From assembly GCA_963754875.1 (NCBI GenBank), contig CAVWHO010000013.1, positions 96,001-160,000 on the forward strand: DNA of 64,000 nt. The letters are read 5' to 3'. Under the pieces are notes generated by a model. That model did no database searches, was not told the DNA's origin, and saw only the letters and a program-made list of their open reading frames with translations. The stretch is from Nitrospirota bacterium (GTDB lineage Bacteria > Nitrospirota > UBA9217). The position numbers and the translations under genes are program-made. Shown piece by piece: positions 61,708-64,000 of the stretch (its first letter is position 1; every line of letters starts with the position of its first letter).

Positions 61708-63600
61708 CTACTTAACGAGCACTATAATTCCTAGGAACACCACTGCGCCCAATGCAATTCCCATTGCATACCACCGGATTTTCCCCGTCTGCGTTTTACT
61801 CAGGATACCGTGGACTGCACGATTCAAATACGCTATCGCCGTGTACCCCGAGTCGATAAAATCATTTTTATTTATCCGTGCAATCCAGAGGAATGGATTG
61901 ATAAGAATCTTTTCGTAAAGCCAGTCGAAACCCCAGCCTGAGAACCAAAACCTTTGCAGCGCTGCACCGGTATCGGATTGCGCCAGCTTTTCTGCAAGCT
62001 GCGGACTGCGGAAAAAGAAGAGATAAGCCATAAAGATTCCGGCAAGCGACATGAGCGAGGCTATGACCTGAAATAAAAGCTCGGTCTCTGCTTCAACATG
62101 CTGAGCGACCTGCTCATGGAACACCGGCTGCATAAAGTCCGAGAACAGGGGCAGGTTGCCGAGCGTATCGGGAAGCTCGACGAAGCCTCCGATGATCGAG
62201 AATACAGCAAGTATGATCAGCGGTACGGTCATGTTCATTCCCGGTAGATGGCCCATTTCCTTTTTTGCCTCACCGAAGAAAGTGACAAACACCATACGGA
62301 ACGTATAAAGAGAAGTAATAAACGCGCCCAGGAGCCCGGCTGCCCACAGTACGGCACTTCCGGAAGGCGACGACCAGACCTGCCACAGGATCAGGTCCTT
62401 GCTGTAGAAGCCCGCGGTCACGAGAGGTAGCGCGGAAAGTGAAGCCGAGCCGATGAGGAACGTCCAGAAGGTTGACGGCAGCTTTTTGCGCAGGCCGCCC
62501 ATCTTGAACATGTCATGCTCCTCGTGCTGGGCAAGGATCACTACTCCTGCGCCGAGGAACAGGAGCGCCTTGAAGAATGCATGGGTCATGAAGTGGAACA
62601 TGGCAGCAGACCAGGCTCCCACGCCTAAGGCCAGGAACATGTAGCCTATCTGGCTGATCGTGGAATAGGCGAGGACGCGCTTGATGTCGCGCTGTGACAG
62701 GGCGCTGAAACCGGCGATGAGAAGTGTGGCTGCTCCGATCACGGCCACTGCAGTCTGTACCGGAGGCGCAAGCTCGAAAAGTACATGAGTACGTGCGATC
62801 AAATAAACACCGGCAGTCACCATGGTCGCGGCATGGATCAGGGCGCTGACCGGAGTCGGGCCTGCCATGGCGTCGGGCAGCCAAACCTGGAGAGGCAGTT
62901 GTGCGGACTTGCCGAGAGCGCCTCCCAACAGCAACGCCGCTGCCAGGATAGCTGTTTCTGAATTGACGGGCCATTTGGCGGAAGCAGCCTGCATCAGGTC
63001 CTGTATGTTGAGCGTCCCCAGGTTCGTAAAGAGCAGGAAGAGACCGATGGCCATTGCCGTGTCGCCGATGCGGGTCACGACGAAGGCCTTGCGCGCTGCG
63101 GCACCGTTCGCGGGATCGCGGTACCAAAACCCGATCAAAAGATAACTGCAGAGCCCGACGCCTTCCCAGCCGAGATAGAGGAGTACAAGGTTGTCGGCAA
63201 GCACGAGAATGAGCATGGAACCCACGAACAGGTTCATGTATGCGAAGAAACGGCCGTATCCTTCATCATCCAGCATATATTCCGCCGAGTAAACATGGAT
63301 CAGGAATCCCACGATGGTAATAACAAGTACCATGACCAGCGAGAGCGGGTCGAGGGCAAAGGAGATAGACGTCGAATATCCGTCGAACTGCATCCAGGTC
63401 CAGAGCGTCTGGGTAAAGGGGCGCCCGCTCGGCGATGTCGTGATGAAACAATAACCAATCAGCAGGGCCATGAAAGCCGAAAGTCCTACTGAGCCTGCAC
63501 CGACAAGAGCAATGACGTTCTTCGGCAGACGACGGCCTGTCAATGCCAGGATGATGAATCCGGCAAAGGGGAGGGCGGGTATGAGGAAAAGATAGTTCAT
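61708..63600 (-). CDS. nuoL: NADH-quinone oxidoreductase subunit L
   Basis: GWEGVGLCSYLLIGFW, KSAQLPL..WLPDAMAGPTPVSALIHAATMV, THAFFKALLF. Confidence 0.95.
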   Translation of the reverse strand: MNYLFLIPALPFAGFIILALTGRRLPKNVIALVGAGSVGLSAFMALLIGYCFITTSPSGRPFTQTLWTWMQFDGYSTSISFALDPLSLVMVLVITIVGFLIHVYSAEYMLDDEGYGRFFAYMNLFVGSMLILVLADNLVLLYLGWEGVGLCSYLLIGFWYRDPANGAAARKAFVVTRIGDTAMAIGLFLLFTNLGTLNIQDLMQAASAKWPVNSETAILAAALLLGGALGKSAQLPLQVWLPDAMAGPTPVSALIHAATMVTAGVYLIARTHVLFELAPPVQTAVAVIGAATLLIAGFSALSQRDIKRVLAYSTISQIGYMFLALGVGAWSAAMFHFMTHAFFKALLFLGAGVVILAQHEEHDMFKMGGLRKKLPSTFWTFLIGSASLSALPLVTAGFYSKDLILWQVWSSPSGSAVLWAAGLLGAFITSLYTFRMVFVTFFGEAKKEMGHLPGMNMTVPLIILAVFSIIGGFVELPDTLGNLPLFSDFMQPVFHEQVAQHVEAETELLFQVIASLMSLAGIFMAYLFFFRSPQLAEKLAQSDTGAALQRFWFSGWGFDWLYEKILINPFLWIARINKNDFIDSGYTAIAYLNRAVHGILSKTQTGKIRWYAMGIALGAVVFLGIIVLVK

Positions 63601-63641
63601 AGTTCAGAGTTCAACGTTCAGAGTTGAGAACAGAGTCTACT

Positions 63642-63953
63642 CTATCCTTTCATTCTGCTCGCGGCATCGGCATCGAGTGTCTTAAAGCTGTGGTACATTT
63701 GAAGTACGAGCGCCAGTCCCACGGACACTTCCGCAGCGGCCATGGTCAGGATAAAAATGAACATCACCTGTCCGTCGACCTGCCCCCAGCGTGCGCCGGC
63801 AACGACAAAAGCAAGTCCAACGGCATTCAGCATCACTTCAACGGACATGAGCATTAACACGATGTTCCTCCGCACGAGAACGCCGATCAGGCCGAGTACA
63901 AAGAGAATCGCGCTCAGGATGAGTCCATGCTCCATGGGGACATTTGCGATCAT
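63642..63953 (-). CDS. nuoK: NADH-quinone oxidoreductase subunit K
   Basis: [30 protein letters not shown]. Confidence 0.95.
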   Translation of the reverse strand: MIANVPMEHGLILSAILFVLGLIGVLVRRNIVLMLMSVEVMLNAVGLAFVVAGARWGQVDGQVMFIFILTMAAAEVSVGLALVLQMYHSFKTLDADAASRMKG

Positions 63954-64000
63954 GGGTACTCCTTCAATGCTGCGTGAAAATCAATGTTTATGAGGCCTGC

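Noticed and set aside
63954..64000. 3' end of nuoJ
   Set aside because: Expected from gene order, but too little sequence is present to fix the frame.

Overview
Bacterial chromosomal window. Gene content suggests an anaerobic Nitrospirota- or Desulfobacterota-like organism; this is inferred, not tested. About 60 CDS are present: NAD and purine salvage (pncA, pncB, hpt), a higBA toxin-antitoxin pair followed by an attC-like site, TPM-domain genes, typA, a cysM-mec pair embedded among TIGR04283/TIGR04282-like transferases with DedA-rhodanese, DUF3047 and TVP38, nth, a sigma54 two-component system with copZ, apbE-arsC-hesB-sufCB(SMS), an accessory block of small detox/ligand-binding genes, MoxR-DUF58-transglutaminase, fabF, a DDE insertion sequence, DUF4912-GH57, glcD-like, L,D-transpeptidases, an HD protein, PAS-GGDEF, tkt and nuoKLMN. 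Many genes carry single-base frameshifts, most likely long-read indel errors. Main hidden signals: (1) two selenoproteins split by the ORF caller at in-frame UGA codons, each followed by a SECIS-like hairpin, namely a HesB/IscA-like carrier directly upstream of a minimal SufCB (SMS) system and a stand-alone pentaheme ExtKL-like cytochrome; (2) a c-di-GMP-I riboswitch with an overlapping terminator; (3) an IS with a 7-bp target duplication plus a solo copy of its left end 25 kb away; (4) a 59-bp attC-like site; (5) a probable ATC start codon coupled to an upstream TAA; (6) several apparently leaderless genes. No database searches were run; family names come from motif recognition.
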